In this document: positions 29,529 through 38,161 of the stretch, one piece after another
Layout of the letters: each line of letters starts with the position of its first letter
Numbering within the stretch: position 1 is the first letter of the stretch
From: Pseudomonadota bacterium
Lineage (GTDB): Bacteria > Pseudomonadota > Gammaproteobacteria > Burkholderiales > Burkholderiaceae_D
NCBI GenBank assembly: GCA_040390195.1
Contig: JAZJYV010000078.1
Span: 4,362-68,361 of the forward strand
DNA length: 64,000 nucleotides
Direction of reading: 5' to 3'
Notes under the pieces: model-generated
The model's input: the letters and a program-made list of their open reading frames with translations, nothing else
The model's database searches: none
What the model was told of the DNA's origin: nothing
Position numbers and translations under genes: made by a program

Positions 29529-32069
29529 TTAGAACTTCACGTCAAGGCGCACGCTGAAGTACTTGAAGGCGTCACGCGCGGGAATCCAGGTGGCCACCTG
29601 GGTCGAGGCCGGCGCCGAGGTGGCGCCCCGGTACGACGGCGTGCCGGCGAAACCGGTGGTCGAGTACTGGCGGTCGAACACGTTGTTGATGAGAAAGCTC
29701 AGCTTGTAGCGGTCCTTCTTCTCGCGGATGCCGAAGCCGAGGTCGACGATCGTGTAGGACGGCACGTAGAAGGCCGGATCCTGCGAGATCACCGTCATCA
29801 TGTCGCTCTGGTACTTGAGCATGCCGGTGAAGAAGGCGTTGAAGCTCGCCTCCGGCAGGCGCAAATCGTACTGGCCGCCGATGACCACGCGCTTTTTCGG
29901 CGCCGACTGCATCGGCGCGCCCGCCAGGTTCTGCACGCCGGTGGTCGAACCGGGCGTGATCGGGAAGCAGGCCGAGTTCTTGCCGGCCAGCGAGCCGTTG
30001 GCCGCCAGCGTCTTCGACGGCGCCAGCGCCACGTTGGTGCTGTCGTTGTAGCAGGAGCCGCCGGTCCATTCGCGCACCGTGGCGTCGGTGTAGGCCAGCG
30101 CCGCGTTGATCGTCAAGTCCTGGGTGACCATGGCGGCGGTGTCGATTTCGAGCCCGCGCGTGCCCACCCGCGGCACGCTGCTGATCTGGGTGAAGATGGT
30201 CGGGTCGCCCGGGTTGGTGTAGGTCGAGGAGGACTGGTAGTTGTAGAAGTTGGTGTCGTAGGCCGTGACGTTGAGCGTCATCCGGTTGTGGAACAGATTG
30301 GCCTTGATGCCCACTTCCTTGGTGCGCGAGGTTTCCGACTGCACCGGCGCGGCGCTGATCGGCGTGATCGTGCTCAGCAGGCCGTAGGCGAGGCCCTTGT
30401 AGCCGGTCGAGACGGTGGCGTAGGCCATCCAGTCGGCGTTGAACTGCTTGGCCAGGCTGAGCTTGCCGGTGAGCTTGCGCTCCTTGTTGTCGATGCTCTC
30501 GAAATAGTCCACGCCCGGCTTGCCGGCGACGAAGGTGGCCGGCGTCATGGTGGTGAAGAAGTTGCGGCCGAAATGGTAGCCCGAGGTTTCCTGGTTCGAG
30601 CGCGCGCCCACCAGCAAGGTGTAGGTCGGCACGAATTCCCAGGTGGCCTGGCCGAAGATCGCCTTGTTGATGTTGTAGACGTCGGTGTTGTAGACCACCG
30701 GGCTGGTGGTCGAGGCGCCGCTGCAGACGGTCGGCGCGCGGCAGTCGCCGCGCGTGAAGAAGCGCTGCGTGGTGTTCTTCGCGTACCACAGGCCGGCCAC
30801 ATAGCGCAGCGTGCCGCTGTCGGGCGAGACCAGGCGCAGTTCCTCGGTCTTGGTCTTGATGTCGTAGGTGCCGCCCTGCGAATTGCCCAAGGTGTAGGGC
30901 ACGGCGCCAGGCAGCGCCACGGTCGGCACGTCGCCCAGGTCCTGGTCGCGGAAGTCATCCGACAGGTAGTGGTCGAGCGAGGTGATCGACATCAGCTGGG
31001 CGCCCGAAGGCAGGCTGTAGGAGATCTTCAGGCCGGCGGTGCGGTCCGAGGAGTTCATCCCGGTCGGGAAGTCGCGCCGCACGAAGGTGTTGTTCGGGCC
31101 CGGCGTGATGCCGTCGAGCGCGCGCGAGGCCGGGATCGCATTGACCGAAGCCGGATTGACCGGTGTCGGCGCGCCGGCCGCGATCAGGTACAGGGGATTG
31201 ACCGGATTGGCGCCGGCCAGCCCGACCTGCACCGGTCCGGTCGGCGAGGTCACGGTCAGCTTGTTGATCGCGTTGGCGCCCTTCGAGTTGGTCTGGTAGT
31301 TGTAGCCCGGCGAGAAAGCGACGTCGAGCTCGTCCGTCAGGTGCCAGGCCAGCTTGGCCAGCAAGGTCTTGCCGCCCGAGCCGTTGATTTTCTCGTTGGT
31401 GGTCAGGTTGGTCAGGTTGCCGGGAAAGCGGGTGTCGCTGGCCGAGACGCGCACGCCGAACTTCTCCGACAGTTCGCCACCGTAGGAAATCCCATAGCGC
31501 CATTCGCCGTCCGAGGTCAGCAAGGCGGTGCTGCGCCCGGCCAGCGGACCGGAAATTGGCTTGGTGATGATGTTGACGGCGCCGGCCACCGCCGATTTGC
31601 CGAACAGGGTGCTCTGCGGCCCCTTCAGCACTTCCACGCGCGAGACGTCGGCCAGGTCCTTGAAGGCCTGGAATTGCTGGGCGATGGGGATGTCGTCGAT
31701 GATGATCGCCACATCGGCTTCGATGCCGATGGTGACGGTGGCGGTGCCGATGCCGCGCATGCTGATGGTGTTGTTGGCGCTGGTCGAACCGGCCGTCACC
31801 GACAGCGCCGGCGTGATCGCCACCAGGTCTTCGGTCTCGCGCAGGTTGGTGCGCTGGATGGTCGCCTCGTTGATCACCGAGATGGCCATCGGCACGCTCT
31901 CGAGTTTTTCGACGCGCTTGTTGGCCGTCACCACCACCACTTCAAGCTGGGCCGGCTCGGGCGCGGTTTGGGCGCTGGCCTGGGCCATCAGCAAGACGGC
32001 CAGCGCGACGGAAGCGGCCACGGGCTTGAGCGGATGGTCGGATGGGGCTCTCAACATCTTGTTCGGCAT
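29529..32069 (-). CDS. TonB-dependent outer-membrane receptor
   Basis: ATG at 32069 after GGAG. Signal peptide, TonB box LEVVVVTA, plug domain (VEVLKGPQSTLFGKSAVAGAVNIITKP) and a C-terminal ...YFSVRLDVKF beta-barrel terminus. Confidence 0.9.
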   Translation of the reverse strand: MPNKMLRAPSDHPLKPVAASVALAVLLMAQASAQTAPEPAQLEVVVVTANKRVEKLESVPMAISVINEATIQRTNLRETEDLVAITPALSVTAGSTSANNTISMRGIGTATVTIGIEADVAIIIDDIPIAQQFQAFKDLADVSRVEVLKGPQSTLFGKSAVAGAVNIITKPISGPLAGRSTALLTSDGEWRYGISYGGELSEKFGVRVSASDTRFPGNLTNLTTNEKINGSGGKTLLAKLAWHLTDELDVAFSPGYNYQTNSKGANAINKLTVTSPTGPVQVGLAGANPVNPLYLIAAGAPTPVNPASVNAIPASRALDGITPGPNNTFVRRDFPTGMNSSDRTAGLKISYSLPSGAQLMSITSLDHYLSDDFRDQDLGDVPTVALPGAVPYTLGNSQGGTYDIKTKTEELRLVSPDSGTLRYVAGLWYAKNTTQRFFTRGDCRAPTVCSGASTTSPVVYNTDVYNINKAIFGQATWEFVPTYTLLVGARSNQETSGYHFGRNFFTTMTPATFVAGKPGVDYFESIDNKERKLTGKLSLAKQFNADWMAYATVSTGYKGLAYGLLSTITPISAAPVQSETSRTKEVGIKANLFHNRMTLNVTAYDTNFYNYQSSSTYTNPGDPTIFTQISSVPRVGTRGLEIDTAAMVTQDLTINAALAYTDATVREWTGGSCYNDSTNVALAPSKTLAANGSLAGKNSACFPITPGSTTGVQNLAGAPMQSAPKKRVVIGGQYDLRLPEASFNAFFTGMLKYQSDMMTVISQDPAFYVPSYTIVDLGFGIREKKDRYKLSFLINNVFDRQYSTTGFAGTPSYRGATSAPASTQVATWIPARDAFKYFSVRLDVKF

Positions 32070-32159
32070 GACGATCTCCAGTAATGTAATTTTTATGTAC
32101 CGCGTTCCGTGTTTCACAGCCGGCGCTGGGTGGCGGGCCACCGTGTTTCCCTCCAATGA

Positions 32160-32178
32160 GGAAAACGTTTAACTGGAT
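32160..32178. promoter_or_regulatory. LacI-type operator O(TBDR): ggaaaacgtttaactggat
   Basis: 19 of 19 identical to 35820..35838. The core AAACGTTT is a palindrome with a central CG, typical of LacI/GalR operators. It abuts the predicted -10. Confidence 0.6.
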
Positions 32179-32205
32179 TCTATGCCATTTTTTCGCGGTG
32201 GTAAA
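32177..32205 (-). promoter_or_regulatory. sigma70-like promoter of the TonB-dependent receptor gene (TTTACC-N17-TAGAAT)
   Basis: Read on the minus strand. Same architecture as 35837..35865, with the operator directly downstream of the -10. Confidence 0.45.
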
Positions 32206-32302
32206 GGCTTAACCAACACGTGTGCAAAAGTGCGTGCCTCGTTGTATTTTTTGCGACACACGGAAGCGGAGCGCGCTATGAGCTGGTGGAATAAAGTAAG
32301 AT

Positions 32303-32318
32303 AGTTAAACGCTTAACT
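32303..32318. promoter_or_regulatory. LacI-type operator upstream of the lyase gene: agttaaacgcttaact
   Basis: Half-sites AGTTAA/TTAACT are perfectly inverted. It lies 15 bp upstream of the ATG at 32333. Confidence 0.5.
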
Positions 32319-32332
32319 ACCGAAGATCGATC

Positions 32333-33511
32333 ATGAAACAGATGAAGTGCGCCCTGCTCGCCTTGATCGCAGTGGCCGGTGCGGCCGCCGCCGCGATGGA
32401 ACCGCAGACCATGGATGGCCGCGACCTCGCCTACACCAAGGCCAGGCTGGCCGCGGCCGATCCGGCCTACCGGCCCGCCTTCGACGCCCTGGTGCACGAT
32501 GCCGACGCCCTGCTGGCGTTGCGCGCCGAATCGGTCACCTACAAGAAGCTCGTCCCGCCCAGCGGCGACAAGCACGACTATCTGAGCCTGGCGCCGTACT
32601 GGTGGCCCGATCCTGCGCGGCCCAATGGCCTGCCATACAAGCTGCGCGACGGCGAATTCAACCCGTCGGCCAAGAACGACGAGACCGATTCGGTGCGCAT
32701 GGGGACGATGTGCCACGGGGTCGAGAAACTGGCGCTGGCCTACTACTTCACGGGTGAGAAGAAATATGCGCTCAAGGCCGCCGAGGCCCTGCGCACCTGG
32801 TTCATCGACCCTGCCACGCGCATGCACCCGAACCTGCAATTCGGCCAGGCGGTGATGGGCAAGGTCGAAGGGCGCGGCACCGGTTTGATCGACACCCGCA
32901 ATCTGTGGATGGTCACCGATGGCGTGGCGCTGATCGAGACCTCGGGCGCGCTGTCGCAGGCCGAGGTGGGTGCCATCAAGCAGTGGTTCGGCGCATTCGG
33001 CGGCTGGATGCGCACCAGCCGGCTGGGCCAGGACGAGGCGCAGGCGGCCAACAACCACGGCATGTTTTACGATATGCAGCTGGCCGCGTATGCCTTGTTT
33101 ACCGGCGAGCAGGAGCTGGCCAGGAGCGCCGTGCGCAACGCGCTCGAGCAGCGCATCGCGCAACAGGTCGAGCCCGATGGCAGTCAGCCGCGCGAGCTGG
33201 CGCGCACCACGCCGTTTCACTACAGCGCGTTCAATCTCGATGCGATGACCACGCTGGCACGCTACGGCGAACAGCTCGGGATTGATGTCTGGCACGCGCG
33301 CGGCATGCGCCGCGCGATCGATTACCTGCTGCCCTACAGCGTCAGTCCGGCCAGCTGGCCGCACAAGGAATTGCGCGGGCCGGAGACCGCGATGATGCTG
33401 CCGATCTTGCTGCGCGCCGAGCGCGCGTATGGGACGGGGGAGTATGCACCGGCGGCGGTGGGCGCGCAGGACAGCGTCGAGCGCCTGATCTGGCCGCTCA
33501 GGTCACGTTGA
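32333..33511 (+). CDS. polysaccharide lyase, alginate-lyase domain (PL5-like), secreted
   Basis: Signal peptide MKQMKCALLALIAVAGAAAAA. The motif QAANNHGMFYDMQLA corresponds to NNHSYW of AlgL and A1-III, and RTTPFHYSAFNL corresponds to the catalytic R...HY segment. Confidence 0.75.
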   Translation: MKQMKCALLALIAVAGAAAAAMEPQTMDGRDLAYTKARLAAADPAYRPAFDALVHDADALLALRAESVTYKKLVPPSGDKHDYLSLAPYWWPDPARPNGLPYKLRDGEFNPSAKNDETDSVRMGTMCHGVEKLALAYYFTGEKKYALKAAEALRTWFIDPATRMHPNLQFGQAVMGKVEGRGTGLIDTRNLWMVTDGVALIETSGALSQAEVGAIKQWFGAFGGWMRTSRLGQDEAQAANNHGMFYDMQLAAYALFTGEQELARSAVRNALEQRIAQQVEPDGSQPRELARTTPFHYSAFNLDAMTTLARYGEQLGIDVWHARGMRRAIDYLLPYSVSPASWPHKELRGPETAMMLPILLRAERAYGTGEYAPAAVGAQDSVERLIWPLRSR

Positions 33512-33926
33512 TTCCGCCCCGCGGCTCATTGGCAAGGTGCTGCGCCAGGTTGCTCGATTTGCCTTCCCACGCCGGCGCTATTTCGTCGATGTGCAAAGTG
33601 ATGCCAATCGCGTGCGTGTCGAACAGCGCCTGGAAATGCTGCTGCACGATCTCGAGCAAGGCCTGGCCCGCGCGCGCGACAGTGGCCTTGGCGCGCCCCG
33701 GCGTGATGCGCAAATTGAGGTACACGAAAGCGTAGCCCTCGCGCGCGCCCGCGACCGCGTGATGTGGCGCCGGCGCAGCGAGCACACGCGTGCCGGCCAG
33801 TGGAAACAGCGGCTGGCCGGCGTCGTCGCGCAAGGCCGCCAGCTCCACCGCCAGGGCCCGGCACAGCACGCCGACATCGGTGCAGGCTTCGAGGTTGGCG
33901 CTGTAGTCGATCTTCAAATGCGGCAT
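33498..33926 (-). CDS. 5-carboxymethyl-2-hydroxymuconate isomerase (CHMI)-like tautomerase-superfamily protein
   Basis: MPHLKIDYSANL... (Pro-1 after Met removal), FPLAGTRV, YAFVYLNLRI and GITLHIDEI align with HpcD/HpaF as recalled. Its start is 7 bp from the stop of the upstream 621-aa gene. Confidence 0.72.
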   Translation of the reverse strand: MPHLKIDYSANLEACTDVGVLCRALAVELAALRDDAGQPLFPLAGTRVLAAPAPHHAVAGAREGYAFVYLNLRITPGRAKATVARAGQALLEIVQQHFQALFDTHAIGITLHIDEIAPAWEGKSSNLAQHLANEPRGGINVT

Positions 33927-33933
33927 CTCGCCC

Positions 33934-35799
33934 TCAATGGTATTGAATGACCCACTTGACCGTGAGCGGCGCGTCGAACAGGAAGTCCTTGCTGGCGCAG
34001 CTGACGTGGGTCTGCATCGGCCCGTAAGGCGCCTTGAACGGTTCCTTGCCCAGGGTAGCCTCGGCGCTGCAGGCGGCCAGGCCGCTGACCGTAAACGCGC
34101 TCACGTCGCCGTCGGCGAAGCGGACCTCGGTGCCGGCCACAGTGGCGCCGCCTGAAAACGAGGCGAACTCCAGGCTCAATTGCGCTACCTTGAGCGGTGC
34201 GCGCGGCGTATAGGTATCGGTGCGGGTGAGCTTGCCGGACTCGAAGCTGTATTCGGTCGCCAGCGTGATGCGCTCATCCTTGACTGGATCGCCCTTGCCC
34301 ACCTTGTCCAGCCCATCCTGCCTGTAGCGCACCAGCTGGCGTGCGCCGTCGCGCGCCGTGCTGATGTCCTTGATGTAGGCGGCGCCGATCAGCTGGCTGC
34401 CGTCGGCGAGCGTAAACCTGGGCAGCAGCTGGGCGTGTTCCGGACCACTGTCGGCGGTCCCCGAGATCACACCGTTCGCGAACGGCAGTGGATAGTACGG
34501 GCTGTTCGCGTGCTGCCAGGTACCGCCGTTGACCATGCTCAGGCTGAAGACATGGCCGCGGTCGCGGAACTGTGCCAGCGCGCGCTCGTACTCGCCCTGC
34601 GCATACCAGGTCAGGCTGAATGGCGGCTGGTTCTGGTCGAACCACGCCTGCAGGTCGGCCTTGGGCAGTTGCCCTTTCATGCCCGCCTTGTTCCACAATT
34701 CGTTGGTGAAGATCAGCTGGTGCAGCAGCGAGAAATTTTCACCCAGGATGCGATACTTGGCGCGGTAGGTATCGGTGCGGCGGCCCTTGCCCCACATGTC
34801 GACCGAGTGGATCGCCGGGTCGTACCAGAAGTCGACGTACTTGGCCACGATGTGGTTGGCATAGCTGTAGGCGTACAGTTTTTCCTGCGGCGTGAGCACC
34901 TCCAGATAGGCCGACACCGACAGGATTTCGAGGATCGCCGTCTCGCCGTAGGGCCCCAGGCTGCGCCCGAAACTGAAGCCGTCGCCGGCCGGATTGCCCA
35001 GCTTGAGCGCCAGCGCGGCGGCCTTGCGCAGCATCGCCTTGAGCTCCGGCGTGACGGTCATGCCGGTCTCGATGAAGCGCTCGCAGATCTCGGCCGCCAG
35101 CAAGATGCTGTAGCGGTCGAAGCGGCCCTCACCGGGTGTCTCGTCGGAGAAGCCGTACTTGCCGGAGTAGGCCTCGTAATGCTTCATCATCTTCTCGAGC
35201 AGCACCTTGCTGGCGCTGTCGTCTTCCCAGCCGAGCAGCATGCGCAGGCGCGCCACGCTGAAGGCCACGCCGAAGTAATTGGTCGGCAGCTTGATCAGCT
35301 CATAGTCGGGCGTGGTGACGAATTTTCGCCAGTCCAGGCTGGCCCTGAGCGAGGCCAGCGTGGCCGGGCTGACCGCCTGCTCCAGCAAGCCCGCCTGCTT
35401 CAGGCTGTACAAGGCTTGCAGGTAGTAGTAAGTGCCCCAGGTGTGGTTGTCCATGCCGGCGGTGAGGTCGGCGATGGTGCGGAACTGGCGCAGCCGCTGC
35501 GCGCGGCGCGGGTCGTCGGCGGCCATGTTCAGCAGCGCATGCGACAGGCCGACGGCGATTTTGCCGGGCAAAAACTTGTCGCTGGCCTTGAACGCGGCCA
35601 CGCCGTCGAGCGTGACCTCGCCCTGCTCGGCGGCCAGCTTGTCGAACAGGTAGTCGAGCTGGGGATACAGCTGCTGCTGCACGATCTGCTGCATTGGGGT
35701 GTGCGCCAGCGGTGCGAGGTAGGCGGTGGTGGGCTGGGCGGCATGCGCCTGCAGCGTGACGGCCAGCAGCGCGGCGCCAAATACGGATTTGAAGTGCAT
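33934..35799 (-). CDS. secreted protein of unknown function (621 aa), candidate polysaccharide-active enzyme
   Basis: Signal peptide MHFKSVFGAALLAVTLQAHAA and strong coding signal. Its own promoter and operator lie upstream. No family recognised by eye. Confidence 0.7.
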   Translation of the reverse strand: MHFKSVFGAALLAVTLQAHAAQPTTAYLAPLAHTPMQQIVQQQLYPQLDYLFDKLAAEQGEVTLDGVAAFKASDKFLPGKIAVGLSHALLNMAADDPRRAQRLRQFRTIADLTAGMDNHTWGTYYYLQALYSLKQAGLLEQAVSPATLASLRASLDWRKFVTTPDYELIKLPTNYFGVAFSVARLRMLLGWEDDSASKVLLEKMMKHYEAYSGKYGFSDETPGEGRFDRYSILLAAEICERFIETGMTVTPELKAMLRKAAALALKLGNPAGDGFSFGRSLGPYGETAILEILSVSAYLEVLTPQEKLYAYSYANHIVAKYVDFWYDPAIHSVDMWGKGRRTDTYRAKYRILGENFSLLHQLIFTNELWNKAGMKGQLPKADLQAWFDQNQPPFSLTWYAQGEYERALAQFRDRGHVFSLSMVNGGTWQHANSPYYPLPFANGVISGTADSGPEHAQLLPRFTLADGSQLIGAAYIKDISTARDGARQLVRYRQDGLDKVGKGDPVKDERITLATEYSFESGKLTRTDTYTPRAPLKVAQLSLEFASFSGGATVAGTEVRFADGDVSAFTVSGLAACSAEATLGKEPFKAPYGPMQTHVSCASKDFLFDAPLTVKWVIQYH

Positions 35800-35819
35800 G
35801 GTCTCGATCCAGAGAAATT

Positions 35820-35838
35820 GGAAAACGTTTAACTGGAT
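35820..35838. promoter_or_regulatory. LacI-type operator O(621): ggaaaacgtttaactggat
   Basis: Identical 19-mer to 32160..32178. Lies 21 bp upstream of the 621-aa gene start and abuts the predicted -10. Confidence 0.6.
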
Positions 35839-35865
35839 AGTAGGCGATTTCCTCCGGCTGGTAAA
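35837..35865 (-). promoter_or_regulatory. sigma70-like promoter of the 621-aa gene operon (TTTACC-N17-TACTAT)
   Basis: Read on the minus strand. Paralogous in layout to 32177..32205. Confidence 0.45.
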
Positions 35866-35906
35866 GTCTTGCTTTAAAAAATAACTGGCATGCCGGGACA
35901 GGCAAG

Positions 35907-35920
35907 GGAAAACGTTTGAC
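35907..35920. promoter_or_regulatory. auxiliary LacI-type operator: ggaaaacgtttgac
   Basis: Matches the operator core. It lies about 85 bp (about 8 helical turns) from the centre of the 35820 operator and is flush with the lacI-family gene stop. Confidence 0.4.
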
Positions 35921-36913
35921 TCAACGCCGGCTGAGCGTCGACGCGCGCAGGATCAATTGCGGCTCGACCGTGGTCAAGTCCTTGGTCGGCTTGCCGTTGA
36001 TGATCTCGATGAGTTTTTCCATCGCCTCCACGCCCATCCGCTCGCTTTGCAGGTCGACCGTGGTCAAGGGTGGCGAGGTGTAGCGGCCGAACTGGATATT
36101 GTCGAAGCCGGCCACCGAAATATCGGCCGGCACCCGAAACCCCAGGGTCTGCGCCTCCTTCATGAAGCCGAGCGCCATCAAGTCGTTGTAGCAGATCAGC
36201 GCGTCCGGATGCCCGGCGCCGAGCATGATGGCCGAGCTCACACGCTCACCCTCGAGCGCGGACGGTGCCAGTGCATCGTAGGTGGTCAGGTCGAGCTGGT
36301 TCGCATCGAGGCAGGCGCGGATACCGCCCATGCGGTCCTGGTCGCGGCGCGAGCGCGAAAAACCCAGGTAGGCGATGCGTTTGTGCCCCAGTGCCACCAG
36401 GTGCTGCGCAACCATGTAGGCGCCGCGGTGGTCGTCGCTGCTCACGCACGGCAGCTTGAGCTCGGAGAGCCGGCCGAAATACACGATCGGCTTGTCGAGC
36501 TTCACGACCCAGCCCATGTCCTGCTCCTGCATGCGCGAAAACAGGATCATGCCATCCACGCGCCGGCTCAGCGCTTCGATCAGCGGCCGTTCGCGGTCGG
36601 GATTCTCATCCGTGTCGACCAGCAGCAGCGTGTAGCCGTGTTCGAGCGCGACCCGGTTGGCGCCCTTGACGATGCTGGTGAAATGGGGATTGCTGATGTC
36701 GAGCACCGACAGGCCGATCGTCTTGGTGCGTCCCGTGATCATCGACTGGGCCAGCGGATTGGAGCGGTATCCCAGTTGCTCGATGACGAGCTTGATGGTG
36801 GCCTCGACGCCCGGCGAGAAGCGCTGCGCGCCGTTCACGTATTTCGACACCGTGGCGGTCGACACGCCGGCGGCGGCGGCCACATCTCGGATGGTTGGGA
36901 TGCTTTTTTTCAT
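35921..36913 (-). CDS. LacI family transcriptional regulator
   Basis: ATG at 36913. MKKSIPTIRDVAAAAGVSTATVSKYVNG is the canonical LacI HTH, followed by a periplasmic-binding-fold sugar domain. Confidence 0.9.
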   Translation of the reverse strand: MKKSIPTIRDVAAAAGVSTATVSKYVNGAQRFSPGVEATIKLVIEQLGYRSNPLAQSMITGRTKTIGLSVLDISNPHFTSIVKGANRVALEHGYTLLLVDTDENPDRERPLIEALSRRVDGMILFSRMQEQDMGWVVKLDKPIVYFGRLSELKLPCVSSDDHRGAYMVAQHLVALGHKRIAYLGFSRSRRDQDRMGGIRACLDANQLDLTTYDALAPSALEGERVSSAIMLGAGHPDALICYNDLMALGFMKEAQTLGFRVPADISVAGFDNIQFGRYTSPPLTTVDLQSERMGVEAMEKLIEIINGKPTKDLTTVEPQLILRASTLSRR

Positions 36914-36920
36914 GTAATTA

Positions 36921-36934
36921 GGTAACCGATTAAC
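36921..36934. promoter_or_regulatory. degenerate operator upstream of the LacI-family gene (gttaatcggttacc on the minus strand)
   Basis: 11 of 14 match to GTTAAACGTTTAAC. Lies 8 bp upstream of the regulator ATG, so autoregulation is possible. Confidence 0.3.
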
Positions 36935-37151
36935 TGTCCAGCACATAGCGAAGTTACACGACATCCCGCCATCTGTACAGGGGTAGTGGCGGGTGACGAA
37001 TGTTGGCATGATGACATATTTCCCCAGCGCCGCCCAGCCGGTCCGCCTTGCCCCGCGCCCGCCTTGCGCGCGGGGCACTGCGCGGCGTCGGCGGCGCGCC
37101 CGGCGGGTATTGGCGGCCGGGGCAGCCACTGGCGTCGATTCGAGAAAACGA

Positions 37152-37179
37152 TTGACGTGCAGAAAATTTTTGATATACT
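37152..37179 (+). promoter_or_regulatory. sigma70-like promoter of udh (TTGACG-N16-TATACT)
   Basis: Good -35 and -10 hexamers read directly. A degenerate operator copy gagaaaacgattgac overlaps the -35. Confidence 0.5.
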
Positions 37180-37182
37180 CTA

Positions 37183-37196
37183 GTTAAACGTTTAAC
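37183..37196. promoter_or_regulatory. LacI-type operator O(udh): GTTAAACGTTTAAC (perfect 14-bp palindrome)
   Basis: Perfect palindrome 4 bp downstream of the predicted -10 and 52 bp upstream of the udh ATG. Confidence 0.65.
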
Positions 37197-37247
37197 AGCA
37201 CCCTTCCGCGACATATCAAAGGGTGCCATTCACCCCCTATCCTAGAC

Positions 37248-38075
37248 ATGCACACTATGAGCGAAACTTCGTCCAGCAAACCCTTCCGCCGACTCTTGCT
37301 GACCGGCGCCGGCGGCGGCCTTGGCAGCGTCCTGCGCGAGCGCATCAAACCCTGGGCCGACGTGGTGCGCCTCTCGGACCTCAAGGAACTGGGCGCCGCG
37401 CGCGAGGGCGAAGAGATCATGTGCTGCGACCTGGCCGACCGCGAGGCGGTGCTGGCGCTGGTCGAAGGCGTCGATGCGGTGCTCCATTTCGGCGGCATTT
37501 CGGTCGAAGACAAATTCGAGCCCATCATGCAGGCCAACATCCTGGGCATGCACCACTTGTACGAGGCGGTGCACAAGGCCGGCGTCAAGCGCGTGATCTA
37601 CGCCAGCTCGAACCACGTGACCGGTTTTTACCGCACGACGGACCGGGTCGACGCCGACATGCCGACGCGGCCGGACAGTTTCTACGGCATCAGCAAGTGT
37701 TTTGGCGAGGCGCTGTCGCGCTACTACTACGACCGCTTCGGCATCGAGACCGTGTGCCTGCGGATCGGCTCCTCGTTCCCCGAACCGCGCACGGCGCGCA
37801 TGATGGTGACCTATCTGAGCTACGACGACCTGGTCGAGCTGGTGCGCTGCGCCCTGTTCACGCCGCGCGTGGGGCACACGATAGCGTTTGGCGTGTCCGA
37901 CAACGACACGCTGTGGGTCGACAATCGCAAGGCAGCGCACCTGGGTTTCCGGCCGAAAGACAGCTCGGCGCCGTTCGCCGACCGCTTCCCCGACAGCGGC
38001 GAGCGCCCGCCGGCGGACGACCCGGGCAGCATCTACCAGGGCGGCCCGTTCATCCTGGCCGGCCCGCAATACTAG
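37248..38075 (+). CDS. udh: uronate dehydrogenase (NAD-dependent, SDR/epimerase fold)
   Basis: LLLTGAGGGLGSVLR (Rossmann), ASSNHVTGFY, YGISKCFGEALSRYY (YxxxK) and GFRPKD match Agrobacterium and Pseudomonas Udh as recalled. Alternative ATG at 37257. Confidence 0.83.
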   Translation: MHTMSETSSSKPFRRLLLTGAGGGLGSVLRERIKPWADVVRLSDLKELGAAREGEEIMCCDLADREAVLALVEGVDAVLHFGGISVEDKFEPIMQANILGMHHLYEAVHKAGVKRVIYASSNHVTGFYRTTDRVDADMPTRPDSFYGISKCFGEALSRYYYDRFGIETVCLRIGSSFPEPRTARMMVTYLSYDDLVELVRCALFTPRVGHTIAFGVSDNDTLWVDNRKAAHLGFRPKDSSAPFADRFPDSGERPPADDPGSIYQGGPFILAGPQY

Positions 38076-38097
38076 ACATCGTCGCCCAACGTCGCCT

Positions 38098-38156
38098 AAA
38101 AAAACCGGGGTCAGAACACGTTTTCATGGAAAACGTGTTCTGACCCCGGTTTTTTT
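38098..38156. terminator. bidirectional Rho-independent terminator
   Basis: aaaaaaa-ccggggtcagaacacgttttc-atg-gaaaacgtgttctgaccccgg-ttttttt. Perfect 21-bp stem with A and T tracts on either side, between convergent udh and the mutarotase gene. Confidence 0.85.
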
Positions 38157-38161
38157 GGATG

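Noticed and set aside
38105-38149. The terminator stem contains GAAAACGT, which resembles the LacI-type operator half-site.
   Set aside because: The match covers only 8 nt and lacks the AAACGTTT palindromic core. The structure is fully explained as a bidirectional terminator, so the similarity is probably coincidental.
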